Assembly (NCBI GenBank): GCA_950054195.1
Contig: CATLPG010000011.1
Location: 16-64,015, forward strand
DNA length: 64,000 nt
Direction of reading: 5' to 3'
Origin: an uncultured Saccharospirillaceae bacterium
GTDB lineage: Bacteria; Bacteroidota; Bacteroidia; Flavobacteriales_D; CAJJDF01
Part shown: piece by piece, positions 49,979 to 59,101 of the stretch
Layout: the number at the start of each line of letters is the position of its first letter
Position numbering within the stretch: the stretch's first letter is position 1
Translations under genes and position numbers: made by a program
Notes under the pieces: model-generated
Told to the model about the DNA's origin: nothing
Seen by the model: the letters and a program-made list of their open reading frames with translations, nothing else
Database searches by the model: none

Positions 49979-50819
49979 AGTAGGAGGAGTACCAGAGCAT
50001 TTTAATTTGCCTTGGCATTTAGCAATAGAGAATAATTTATTCGCTAGCCAAGGATTAGAGATTGAGTGGGTTGTTTTTAAAGGGGGAACAGGAGCGATGA
50101 CTCAAGCCCTTAGAAATAATGAGATTGATGTTTGTATTTTGCTTACCGAAGGTATTGTAGCAGATATTGTTAATAGTAACCCAAGTAAAATCATCGGGCA
50201 GTATATCAAAACTCCTCTTATTTGGGGAGTATTTTCGGGGGCTAAAAACCCAATTAGTCACTACGGAGAGATATATAAGAAGCAATATGCAATTAGTAGG
50301 TATGGTTCTGGGTCACATCTAATGCCACAGGTAGATGCTTTTAATAAAGGTCTTAGATTAAATGATGATCAATTTACTATTATCAAAAACTTAGACGGTG
50401 CATTGAAATCATTAAGTAATATAGAAACAGATGTTTTTTATTGGGAAAAGTATACTACAAAACCGTATGTTGATCAGGGTATTTTAAAACATTTAGGTGA
50501 TTACGTAACACCTTGGCCGTGCTTTATGATTACAGCTACTGATGATGCAATAGCAACAAAAGAAGATGCTTTATCCAAAATGTTAGATGTTATTTATTTT
50601 ACCACTAAACAGTTTATGAGTGCTGTTAATACGATTGAAGAAGTTTCAAAAAGATACAATCAGAAAATTGAAGACGTTGAGAATTGGTTTTATAGTACCG
50701 AATGGGCAATTGATAGAAAAGTAAGTACTAAAATGGTCGACAATGTACTTTACACATTAAAAAAAGCGGGAATTATTGAACAAACTGTACCAATTAAAGA
50801 AATTCTTAAACTTGTTTAA
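49965..50819 (+). CDS. NMT1/THI5-like type 2 substrate-binding-fold protein, no signal peptide
   Basis: VGGVPEHFNLPW, GGTGAM, LTEG, ISRYGSGSHLM, WEKYTTKP, TPWPCF. Confidence 0.8.
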   Translation: MEKIRVGGVPEHFNLPWHLAIENNLFASQGLEIEWVVFKGGTGAMTQALRNNEIDVCILLTEGIVADIVNSNPSKIIGQYIKTPLIWGVFSGAKNPISHYGEIYKKQYAISRYGSGSHLMPQVDAFNKGLRLNDDQFTIIKNLDGALKSLSNIETDVFYWEKYTTKPYVDQGILKHLGDYVTPWPCFMITATDDAIATKEDALSKMLDVIYFTTKQFMSAVNTIEEVSKRYNQKIEDVENWFYSTEWAIDRKVSTKMVDNVLYTLKKAGIIEQTVPIKEILKLV

Positions 50820-50852
50820 CAATCAAAAAGTGTTAAGGAAAGTTACATGCAT

Positions 50853-50885
50853 AAAAAAAGACCATCTGGAAGATGGTCTTTTTTT
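50853..50885. terminator. Bidirectional intrinsic terminator
   Basis: A7-GACCATCT-GGA-AGATGGTC-T7 between convergent genes. Confidence 0.88.
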
Positions 50886-50904
50886 GTATATGAATAATTA
50901 TTAA

Positions 50905-51669
50905 TTAGTCTAATCTAAATTCTACTCTTCTGTTTCTGGCTCTACCTTCTTCTGTATCATTAGTAGCTACAGGCATTGTTTCTCCATACCCTTTCTTCGT
51001 TAATCTGCTAGCATCAATACCTTGATCTGTAATGTATTTAACAACTGAAGCGGCTCTGTCTTCTGATAATTTTTGATTGTAAGCATCTTCTCCTTGGCTA
51101 TCGGTATGTCCTCTAACTTCAAATTTTACAGTAGGGAATCTTTTCATGAAAGCAACTACTTCATTCAACTCATCATAAGATGATGTTTTAATCACAGCTT
51201 TATCTAATTCAAAATATAAATTTTCAATTTCAAAAACTTCTCCTCTATATAATTCAATGTCATCCTCAGTCATTTTTGACCAATAAACAGAACTAGATCT
51301 ATAATCAACATCTTCTTGATCAAATGCTTTCCATTTACCTGTTTGATGATCAACTATCATTGGAATCCAACCAAAAGCAACAGCTCCCATAAAGAAATCT
51401 CCTGCTACATATTTTGGCTGTATACGCCCTTCTAATTCAAATTTGTTAGGTAAATATCCTCTTTTCGTATATTTTACATCGTAAGTTTCTCTTGAATCTA
51501 ATTCTAAAGTTACCGGAGTAACACCTTTGTATTCTCCATTTATATATAAATAAGCTTCTTTTGGTTCAACAGAAGCAAAAGTAATTTCCTGTGTAAATTC
51601 CTTTCTTACTAATGTAGCACAACTAGTAAATACAAGCGTAGCTAATGATAATGTAATAATTTTTTTCAT
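50905..51669 (-). CDS. Lipoprotein with PEGA domain and OmpA-like peptidoglycan-binding domain
   Basis: Lipobox FTSC; YINGEYKGVTP (PEGA); GHTDSQG...NQKLSEDRA...GYGE...NRRVE. Confidence 0.88.
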   Translation of the reverse strand: MKKIITLSLATLVFTSCATLVRKEFTQEITFASVEPKEAYLYINGEYKGVTPVTLELDSRETYDVKYTKRGYLPNKFELEGRIQPKYVAGDFFMGAVAFGWIPMIVDHQTGKWKAFDQEDVDYRSSSVYWSKMTEDDIELYRGEVFEIENLYFELDKAVIKTSSYDELNEVVAFMKRFPTVKFEVRGHTDSQGEDAYNQKLSEDRAASVVKYITDQGIDASRLTKKGYGETMPVATNDTEEGRARNRRVEFRLD

Positions 51670-51742
51670 TGATTTAATATTTAAAGACTTATCTATCTAA
51701 TATAGAAGACCCTTTTGTTAAAGCTTTCTTTTTTTGACTCGA

Positions 51743-51750
51743 CAAAATTA
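51743..51750 (-). promoter_or_regulatory. -7 promoter element TAATTTTG for the OmpA gene
   Basis: Matches TAnnTTTG with TTTG 18 nt upstream; divergent TAAATTTG at 51790-51797 on + strand. Confidence 0.5.
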
Positions 51751-51801
51751 GCTAAAAAAAAGAATCTTCAAAAAGAATGGATTTTTAATTAAATTTGATT
51801 T

Positions 51802-52653
51802 ATGACAAAACAAATGTTGATAAGCTTAACTTCGTTAGTGTTTTTTTGTTCATTAACTAACAAAAGCATAGGTCAAGAAGAATCAAAAAGATTGAGATTG
51901 GGCTTAACAATGGGCGCATTTTTGCCCTCTAAGGCTTATGCACGCTTCTTAGATGGGTCTCATCCTAATGGAGTAAATCGTGTTTTAACAGACCCTAATA
52001 TCCGTCCTCAACTCGAAGAGCTGTTTGGATATGAAATTATTAATTGGACATATCCAGGTAACATGCGGTATGACATCAACTTATATTTAGGAGGGCACTT
52101 TTCATTAAGAATGGATGAGGATTTTTCATTTATTATGAATGTGAACTTGATGAAAACAAGTGTGAATCAAGTTTTACTTATTTCGTTAAACAATCCTCAA
52201 AACATAGGAGGGACATTTGAACAAGCCATGATTAATGCAGTAGAACAACGATTTGATTTAATGTTGGGTTTAGAAAATGAATTTGGAGATTATCAAGGCA
52301 TTGAATTTTATGCAGCTGGAGGCGGACTGTTTAATTATAATCAATTAGAAAGGCATCAGCTTGTAATAAGAAATTCTTTAAGGTATGACATCATGAGGCC
52401 TCAATTTATTGGAGGACAAGGCCAAAGACAGCGATATAACGGTTACGGTTATGGTTTTTTTGCTAACCTTGGTTTGAGATACCCCGTTAGTCAAAAATTT
52501 ACTTTGGATTTAGGAGTTGAAGTAAACCTAACTCAAAACAAACAGTATGTAAGCGATTTAGTTGAAAATACAGGTTATCCAACAGCTTGGGCCGAAGAAG
52601 CTGGAGGATTTAAGTTAAATGGAGGAGCTTATTTACGAATGATTTGGAATTAA
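51802..52653 (+). CDS. Outer-membrane beta-barrel protein, unknown function
   Basis: Signal peptide, amphipathic strands (GYGFFANLGLRY), terminal strand GGAYLRMIWN. Confidence 0.65.
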   Translation: MTKQMLISLTSLVFFCSLTNKSIGQEESKRLRLGLTMGAFLPSKAYARFLDGSHPNGVNRVLTDPNIRPQLEELFGYEIINWTYPGNMRYDINLYLGGHFSLRMDEDFSFIMNVNLMKTSVNQVLLISLNNPQNIGGTFEQAMINAVEQRFDLMLGLENEFGDYQGIEFYAAGGGLFNYNQLERHQLVIRNSLRYDIMRPQFIGGQGQRQRYNGYGYGFFANLGLRYPVSQKFTLDLGVEVNLTQNKQYVSDLVENTGYPTAWAEEAGGFKLNGGAYLRMIWN

Positions 52654-52662
52654 TACATTTTT

Positions 52663-53247
52663 ATGAAACATAATTTAAGTGACATTACTAGCTTAATTAA
52701 AGATAGAAGAACCATCTATCCAGAGCAATATACAGAACGGAAAGTCCATCGAGAAATAGTTGAAGATGTACTAAAAAATGCTATTTGGGCACCAACTCAT
52801 GGAAAAACTGAACCTTGGAGGTTTCAAGTGTTTTTATCCGAAGATTCTAGAGAAAAACTATCCGAATTTCAATCAAAGTGGTATAACGATAATACTACCG
52901 AAGAAACTTTCAATCAAATGAAATTCAATAAATTAAAAAACAGACCATTGATGTCATCGGTAGTTATTGCTGTTAATATGATTCCTGATCCCAAAGGTAG
53001 AATTAGTGAAATTGACGAGATTTCAGCTGTTTCATGTGCTGTGCAAAACATGTATTTAACGGCTACTGCTTACGGAATAGGGGGCTTTTGGGCAACACCA
53101 AAAATTATTTACACAGATGAATTTAAGGCGTTTTTAGGTATTGAAAAAAACGATAAATGTTTAGGATTGTTTTACATGGGATATCCTTCCATTGATTGGC
53201 CTAAAGGACATAGAAAACCGATTGAGTACGTTACCCAATGGCAATAA
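52663..53247 (+). CDS. Nitroreductase family protein (YdjA-like)
   Basis: RRTI, WAPTHGKTEPWRF, AVQNMYL...GIGGFW, GLFYMGY. Confidence 0.92.
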   Translation: MKHNLSDITSLIKDRRTIYPEQYTERKVHREIVEDVLKNAIWAPTHGKTEPWRFQVFLSEDSREKLSEFQSKWYNDNTTEETFNQMKFNKLKNRPLMSSVVIAVNMIPDPKGRISEIDEISAVSCAVQNMYLTATAYGIGGFWATPKIIYTDEFKAFLGIEKNDKCLGLFYMGYPSIDWPKGHRKPIEYVTQWQ

Positions 53248-53579
53248 TTGACTATTTACCTAATTATAAAGAGCATCCCACAAAGGATCATTATTTAATC
53301 TTTTCCTTTACCAAAAGGCAAACTGCTGCTACGTTTGAAGATAATCTTAATCAGAATAATATACCTTTTGAAAAGGATGAAGACGAGCATGGAGTTGAAG
53401 AAGTGTTTTTTTATGCTATTAGAACCTATTACAGGAAAGAGGCTGTTAAACAAAACTTATTAGCGCTAGCCAAACATAGGAAGCCTCTAATAGCCAATAA
53501 AATATTAAAGTACGTTATACTAGCTATATTCTTTTTACTACTTTTGGGCGTAATTGTAGGAGCTATTAGTAAAAGTTAA
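53238..53579 (+). CDS. Hypothetical protein with C-terminal TM helix
   Basis: Fills the gap in an operon, overlaps upstream stop, hydrophobic C-terminus. Confidence 0.65.
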   Translation: MAIIDYLPNYKEHPTKDHYLIFSFTKRQTAATFEDNLNQNNIPFEKDEDEHGVEEVFFYAIRTYYRKEAVKQNLLALAKHRKPLIANKILKYVILAIFFLLLLGVIVGAISKS

Positions 53580-53589
53580 TTACCCCATT

Positions 53590-54567
53590 ATGAATACACC
53601 TATTGAACTATTAGAAGTAACTTCAGAATTAGGAGCAGGCACTAGAGGCGCAGCATTAGGAGTAGGCGCACTAAAAGTAGCTGCATATAATCAAAAGTCT
53701 GATTTTTTTAGTAGATACCCTATCGTACATGTTAGGGATTTTAATGAGTTTTTATTTCAACCGTACACCACAAAAAATGCTATTCGTATAGAGCATATCC
53801 TCAAAGAGTTTGTACAAATTTCAGGATCTGTTTGTTCTACGATGGAAAGAGGTATGTTTCCATTTTTATTATCAGGAGACCATAGTACTGCTGCAGCAAC
53901 TATTGGAGGAATCAAAAAGTATAATCCAACCTTGCGTTTAGGGGTTGTTTGGATTGATGCTCACGCAGATATTCATTCTCCTTATACTTCTCCAAGCGGA
54001 AATGTTCATGGTATGCCTTTAGGTATTGCTACGCAAATAGATAACCTAGATAAAAAAATTAATGATATCACTCCAGAAACAAAAGATTATTGGGAAAAGC
54101 TTAAGAAGATTGGAGGGAGAGAACCAAATGTTAAACCAGAAGATATTGTTTATGTTGGAGTTAGAGATACTGAAGCTCCAGAAGATTACTTAATAAAAAA
54201 GCATAACATAAAGCTTATCTCTGTTGATGAAGTAAAAAAATCAACCACAGCATCAATAGTAGAACAAATAACCAATTATTTAACTGATTGCGATTTAATT
54301 TATATTTCGTTTGATGTGGATTCAATGGATCCTAATGAAGTTTCTCACGGTACAGGTACACCAGTTGAAAATGGACTACCATTAAACAAAACACAAAGTC
54401 TTTTAAACCAGTTAGTAGCAAATGAAAAAGTATGTTGTTTCGAAATTGTAGAGATCAACCCTTGTTTGGACAACAAACGAAATAAAATGGCAGAAACTGC
54501 GTTTAACATAGTCGATTCGGTAGCTAGAATCATAGAAACTAAGTCAAATACTTACAACCTTTCTTAG
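53590..54567 (+). CDS. rocF: Arginase
   Basis: SGDHS, WIDAHAD, SPSGNVHGMP, SFDVDSMDP, GTPV, VEINP. Confidence 0.93.
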   Translation: MNTPIELLEVTSELGAGTRGAALGVGALKVAAYNQKSDFFSRYPIVHVRDFNEFLFQPYTTKNAIRIEHILKEFVQISGSVCSTMERGMFPFLLSGDHSTAAATIGGIKKYNPTLRLGVVWIDAHADIHSPYTSPSGNVHGMPLGIATQIDNLDKKINDITPETKDYWEKLKKIGGREPNVKPEDIVYVGVRDTEAPEDYLIKKHNIKLISVDEVKKSTTASIVEQITNYLTDCDLIYISFDVDSMDPNEVSHGTGTPVENGLPLNKTQSLLNQLVANEKVCCFEIVEINPCLDNKRNKMAETAFNIVDSVARIIETKSNTYNLS

Positions 54568-54580
54568 TTTTTACCGTATA
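54554..54580 (+). promoter_or_regulatory. Putative ECF promoter ACAACC-N15-CGTATA
   Basis: Same architecture as motifs at 276 and 48240; about 20 nt upstream of the next gene. Confidence 0.4.
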
Positions 54581-54598
54581 AGCTAAAAAAAGAGATTT

Positions 54599-55135
54599 GT
54601 GATGAAAGAATTTGTATTCCGAGTATTGATAGATACTGTTGATGATACAGACGTTTTTAGAGATATAAGTATTCGATCAACTGATACCTTTGAATTATTA
54701 CACAGAGCTATAATTAATGCTTTTTCGTTTGAAGGAGGTCAAATGGCTTCTTTTTACATGAGTGATGAGGAGTGGAATAAAGGTGATGAGATTGGTTTAC
54801 TAGATATGAGCGGGGAAGATACTGGTTTCCAATTGATGGAACAAACCATTATTGGTGATAAAGTAGAAGAAATAGGTCAAAAACTAATCTATGTTTACGA
54901 TTTCTTAAATATGTGGTGCTTTTATGTAGAGCTAAATAAAATTAACGAAGTCTCCTCAGAAAAATTATATCCTAACTTAGAATTATCTTTTGGTAAAGCA
55001 CCTCAAGAATCATCAAAGAGTATCATGGATGATATTGATTTTCCTACTATCGATGAAGATGATTATGGCATTGAAGATGAATTTGATGAATGGGAATCAC
55101 ACCAGTTCGAAAATATTGATGATTTAGACATCTGA
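54599..55135 (+). CDS. pRiA4b ORF-3-like / IS1096 passenger TnpR-family protein
   Basis: VFRDI...LHRAI...ASFY...YVYDF..MW.F.VEL; acidic tail. Confidence 0.8.
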   Translation: MMKEFVFRVLIDTVDDTDVFRDISIRSTDTFELLHRAIINAFSFEGGQMASFYMSDEEWNKGDEIGLLDMSGEDTGFQLMEQTIIGDKVEEIGQKLIYVYDFLNMWCFYVELNKINEVSSEKLYPNLELSFGKAPQESSKSIMDDIDFPTIDEDDYGIEDEFDEWESHQFENIDDLDI

Positions 55136-55224
55136 TCCGTTTAAGGTTTAATTTATTCCTTAAAATAAAACAAGTGCATCACTTCTAGTTTCTTTTTATA
55201 TACTTGTTTTATAACTAGCCAATA

Positions 55225-56883
55225 ATGAAAAAATTATTTTACTCTCTTATTTTAATACTATTTATTTTTTCAGCTTATAGTCAAGAAAACTATCTGAAAG
55301 GAGAAGTTTTAGTTATGCTTAACAAGGATGTTAAAGCAACAACTTTTATAGAAAGTTTGAATCAAGAAACTTCATACGATTTTTCTTTAGTAGAAAACCT
55401 ATCTAAAAATTTAAATATTGCTAGAATGTCATTTGATGTAGCTTATTCAAATGATGAAGTATTAGATTATTTATTTAAACAGGAAGAAGTTATAAATGTT
55501 CAAAATAATCATACAAATGTAGTGTTGCGAGATAGCTGTATAAACGACAGTTTATTTGCTTCCAATCAATGGGCATTGGAAAATACAGGGCAAACAGGCG
55601 GAACAATCGATGCTGATATTGATGCTTGTGAAGCTTGGAGTTTTTATGCACCTGACGATCAACCAGATTCTACAGCTTTAGGAGATGAGATTGTAGTAGC
55701 AGTGATTGATGCAGGATTTGACTTAAATCATTCGGAACTTAACTTTTACACAAACAATCAAGAAGTACCAGGCGATAGTATAGATAATGACGGGAATGGT
55801 TTTATAGATGACGTAAGTGGATGGAATTTTTATTCTGGCTCAGGTAATGTTACACCTGTTGCTCATGGTATGCATGTAAGTGGTATTGTTGGAGCAAAAG
55901 CAAATAATGGTACAGGGGTTTCAGGAGTTGCTCCAGGTGTTAAAATTTTACCTGTTCAAGGATCTTCAACACTTGAGTCTATTGTTATTCAATCGTACGA
56001 TTATGTACTCACGATGAGAAAGTTATATGATTCCACCGATGGAGCAAAAGGAGCATATGTTGTTGTTACTAATTCTTCCTTTGGTGTTGATTTTGCTTTT
56101 GAAAGTGATGTCCCTCTTTGGTGTGCATTTTATGATAGCTTGGGGAAAGCAGGGATACTAAATGTTGGAGCTACAGCTAATGCTAATAGAGATGTTGATT
56201 ATTTAGGAGACATTCCCTCTCAATGTTCTAGTGATTATTTGATTATGGCTACTACTACAAACAATAATGATATGAAAACAGCAGGAGCAGCCTTTGGTGA
56301 CACTACCATTGACATTGGAGCTCCAGGAGTTGCTATTTTGTCAACGGGAGTTTCTAATGGTTTTTATACTTCATCTGGCACATCAATGGCAGCACCATTT
56401 GTTGCTGGTGCAATTTCTTTCATGTATGCAGCAGCTTGCGAAAATTTCATTAATAGCTATCAGCTTAATCCAGACAGTGTAGCATTAGCTGTTAAAGATT
56501 TTATTTTGAATAATGGTGACCTCAATACCTCCTTAGAAGGAATTACCTCTTCAGAATCTAGATTAAATGTATACGAATCAGTTAATGCATTGATGAGTAG
56601 TGGTTATTGTGTATTTACAGATATAGATGAAACTAAGCATAAATTCAGTTTAAAGTTATATCCCAACCCAAATCAAGGACAGTTTACTTTAGAATTAACT
56701 TCTCTTGATCAAGAAAGTAAATATGTAACGATTTACAATAGTTTAGGAGAGGTTGTGTATAATGAAAGTACATCTAACAAGTCAATATCTATAGATTTAC
56801 AGCAGAAACCATCAGGTGTTTATTTTTTATCTGTACAAAATAATCAAGGTAAAATATATTCTACTACCTTTATAGTAGAATGA
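55225..56883 (+). CDS. Subtilisin-like S8 serine protease with T9SS type A CTD
   Basis: Triad VAVIDAG, HGMHVSG, SGTSMAAP; CTD LYPNPNQG...IYNSLGE...PSGVYFL. Confidence 0.93.
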   Translation: MKKLFYSLILILFIFSAYSQENYLKGEVLVMLNKDVKATTFIESLNQETSYDFSLVENLSKNLNIARMSFDVAYSNDEVLDYLFKQEEVINVQNNHTNVVLRDSCINDSLFASNQWALENTGQTGGTIDADIDACEAWSFYAPDDQPDSTALGDEIVVAVIDAGFDLNHSELNFYTNNQEVPGDSIDNDGNGFIDDVSGWNFYSGSGNVTPVAHGMHVSGIVGAKANNGTGVSGVAPGVKILPVQGSSTLESIVIQSYDYVLTMRKLYDSTDGAKGAYVVVTNSSFGVDFAFESDVPLWCAFYDSLGKAGILNVGATANANRDVDYLGDIPSQCSSDYLIMATTTNNNDMKTAGAAFGDTTIDIGAPGVAILSTGVSNGFYTSSGTSMAAPFVAGAISFMYAAACENFINSYQLNPDSVALAVKDFILNNGDLNTSLEGITSSESRLNVYESVNALMSSGYCVFTDIDETKHKFSLKLYPNPNQGQFTLELTSLDQESKYVTIYNSLGEVVYNESTSNKSISIDLQQKPSGVYFLSVQNNQGKIYSTTFIVE

Positions 56884-57260
56884 TTAAACTTGTTCAATTA
56901 GGAATAGCTAGTTTATTAATCATTTTTTTATTTAATCTATTCACTCCCAGTGGTATTTGGTTGAATTTTAAAATGAATCAGTCATTCATTGCTAAAAATC
57001 TTTGTGTAAAAAAAGAGATTAAAGAAAACACATGTAAAGGAAAGTGTCATCTTAAAAAAGAGCTAGAAAAAGTTCAAACACAAGAAAATCATCAAGATAA
57101 AGAGCCTTCTTTCCCAGTAAATACGTTAGATCATTTATTTAATCAAACGGTTGAAAAGTTTAACTTTTTAATTGTGAGAAGAATAAATTCTCACCACAAT
57201 AAGACCTTTAACATACTTAAAGGTTTTACCCAAATCACAAATCCACCACCGCAAGTTTAA
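56880..57260 (+). CDS. Small Cys-rich leader protein ending in polyproline (putative metal-sensing uORF)
   Basis: N-terminal hydrophobic helix; IAKNLC-x9-CKGKCHL; C-terminal NPPPQV; first gene of the MbnP cluster. Confidence 0.7.
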   Translation: MIKLVQLGIASLLIIFLFNLFTPSGIWLNFKMNQSFIAKNLCVKKEIKENTCKGKCHLKKELEKVQTQENHQDKEPSFPVNTLDHLFNQTVEKFNFLIVRRINSHHNKTFNILKGFTQITNPPPQV

Positions 57261-57311
57261 CTGTTTATAGAAAAGCTGTAGAAGCAGTATAAATAAAAAT
57301 TAACAGTTAAA
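57256..57311 (+). promoter_or_regulatory. Intergenic stem-loop joining the uORF stop codon to the downstream initiation region
   Basis: Perfect 10-bp inverted repeat TTTAACTGTT (57256-57265) / AACAGTTAAA (57302-57311); no U tract; next ATG at 57322. Confidence 0.55.
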
Positions 57312-57321
57312 AAATCATAAA

Positions 57322-58272
57322 ATGAGCAACTCTATTTTGGTTGTGTTCGTTTGTATGTGTGTAGAGCTAATGGCTTGTGATATATGCAATATGGACATCA
57401 ACCTGATACCAGAGAATAATAAAAATACACTTTCGCTTACTTACAGAAGTAGATTTACTTCGGGAAGGTACAATGCATTTGGTACAATGATGGAAAGTCC
57501 GTACCGTATGTTTATGCACACAGGGCCACAGTCAAGAAATCATTACAATAAAACGGTGAATGAAGTATTTGAAGTGTATACATTAAGTGGAAATTATTTC
57601 GTTTCTGAGCGTTTAAATATAAATGTCCGTTTGCCATTCTCTCATAATGTACAGTATATGGATAACCAAAAAACGGTGGAAACACATGGTGTTGGTGATC
57701 TAATTTTATTGGGTAATTATGAAATAATCAATACCAAAAGAATAGAAAATTCTCTAACTTCTTTTCGTTGGACAATAGGAGGAGGTGTTAAACTTCCTCT
57801 AGGAAAATGGAACCATAAAAAGGAAGAAGAATTTCTTGATATTGATTTACAAAACGGAACAGGTAGCACCGATGCAATACTTACTTCTGAATATACGTTG
57901 AGGTATAATAAAGTAGGAATGTTAGTTTCAACTAATGTTAAATTCAACACAACAAATAGCAGAGGCTATAAGTATGGTAATTCATGGAATCAGCAACTAA
58001 CATTATTTTACTTACAAAAAATAGGTAAAATAAACGTAATGCCTCATTTGGCTTTGTATCATGAAATAGCAAGGCAAGATGTTGAAAATAAGCAGCTATT
58101 GTTACAAAGTGGAGGGGAGGTAATGCTTGCTTCTGGTGGACTAAATTTGTATTTTAATAAAATAAGAATTGATTTTACCTACCAACACGGTGTAAGAAAT
58201 AATTTAAACGGAATCACACAATTAAACACAACACATCGATGGTTAACAGGACTTGTTTACTATCTAAATTAA
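57322..58272 (+). CDS. Outer-membrane beta-barrel transporter with N-terminal CxxC (putative metal channel)
   Basis: Signal then ACDICN; GVGDL, GGGVKLPLG, LQNGTGSTD, YKYGN; Met/His-rich loop; terminal GLVYYLN. Confidence 0.75.
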   Translation: MSNSILVVFVCMCVELMACDICNMDINLIPENNKNTLSLTYRSRFTSGRYNAFGTMMESPYRMFMHTGPQSRNHYNKTVNEVFEVYTLSGNYFVSERLNINVRLPFSHNVQYMDNQKTVETHGVGDLILLGNYEIINTKRIENSLTSFRWTIGGGVKLPLGKWNHKKEEEFLDIDLQNGTGSTDAILTSEYTLRYNKVGMLVSTNVKFNTTNSRGYKYGNSWNQQLTLFYLQKIGKINVMPHLALYHEIARQDVENKQLLLQSGGEVMLASGGLNLYFNKIRIDFTYQHGVRNNLNGITQLNTTHRWLTGLVYYLN

Positions 58273-58327
58273 AAATAAAGCCCATCAGGGAATTAAATAA
58301 AGACTTTAAGAATTAAATTTTAATAAA

Positions 58328-59095
58328 ATGAAAACAATAAATAAATTTTTAGGAATAGCACTTTTACTTAGTTTGTTTATTATAGGGTGTAAAAAAGAAA
58401 AAGCAGATGATCCTAAGGATGAACATGATCATCACCATTCTGATGGAACAGGAACAGTTTCATTGGCAACTACTTTTAAGGTAGGAACAAATCCTTATTC
58501 AACAGATTCAACTTACACGAATGGATTTGGAGATGATTATAAATTTACATTTGTTCGTATCTATCTATCAGGATTTAATTTAACGGATCATGATTCTGTT
58601 GAGCAAGCATTACCAAATCAGTACCTATTGGTTGATCCTCAAACAAGTTCTTATGGCTTAGGAACAATAGATGCTGGTCATTACCATGATTTCAACTTAA
58701 CGATAGGTATTGATAGTGCTACTAACCATTCAGATCCTAATACATATCCTATTGAAAGCCCATTATATCCACAATCACCAGCTATGCATTGGTCTTGGAA
58801 CTCTGGATATATCTTTTACAAGTTAGAAGGAGTTGCTGATACTAACAATGATGGTACATTCGAAACTACTTTTTCTTATCATATAGGAATGGATGCGCTT
58901 AAACGTCAAGTATCTAAAACTATTCATAAAGACGTGATGAAAGATCAAGATAACCCAATTCAAGTAACTATTGATTTAGGAAAATTCTTGACAAATGTTG
59001 ATTTTGAAACCGAGAGAACTACGCATACAATGAATGATATGCCTTTGGCTACAAAAATTGCAGATAACGCTGTTACAGCTATTGAGATACAATAA
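58328..59095 (+). CDS. mbnP: MbnP-family copper-binding lipoprotein
   Basis: Lipobox IIGC, His tract HDHHH, IGIDSATNH, MHWSWNSGYIF (WxW), YHIG; adjacent di-heme enzymes. Confidence 0.85.
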   Translation: MKTINKFLGIALLLSLFIIGCKKEKADDPKDEHDHHHSDGTGTVSLATTFKVGTNPYSTDSTYTNGFGDDYKFTFVRIYLSGFNLTDHDSVEQALPNQYLLVDPQTSSYGLGTIDAGHYHDFNLTIGIDSATNHSDPNTYPIESPLYPQSPAMHWSWNSGYIFYKLEGVADTNNDGTFETTFSYHIGMDALKRQVSKTIHKDVMKDQDNPIQVTIDLGKFLTNVDFETERTTHTMNDMPLATKIADNAVTAIEIQ

Positions 59096-59101
59096 TTAAA
59101 A

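Noticed and set aside
54599-55135. Mobile element suggested by the TnpR/pRiA4b family name
   Set aside because: No transposase or terminal repeats; this family is a normal chromosomal gene in Bacteroidota.
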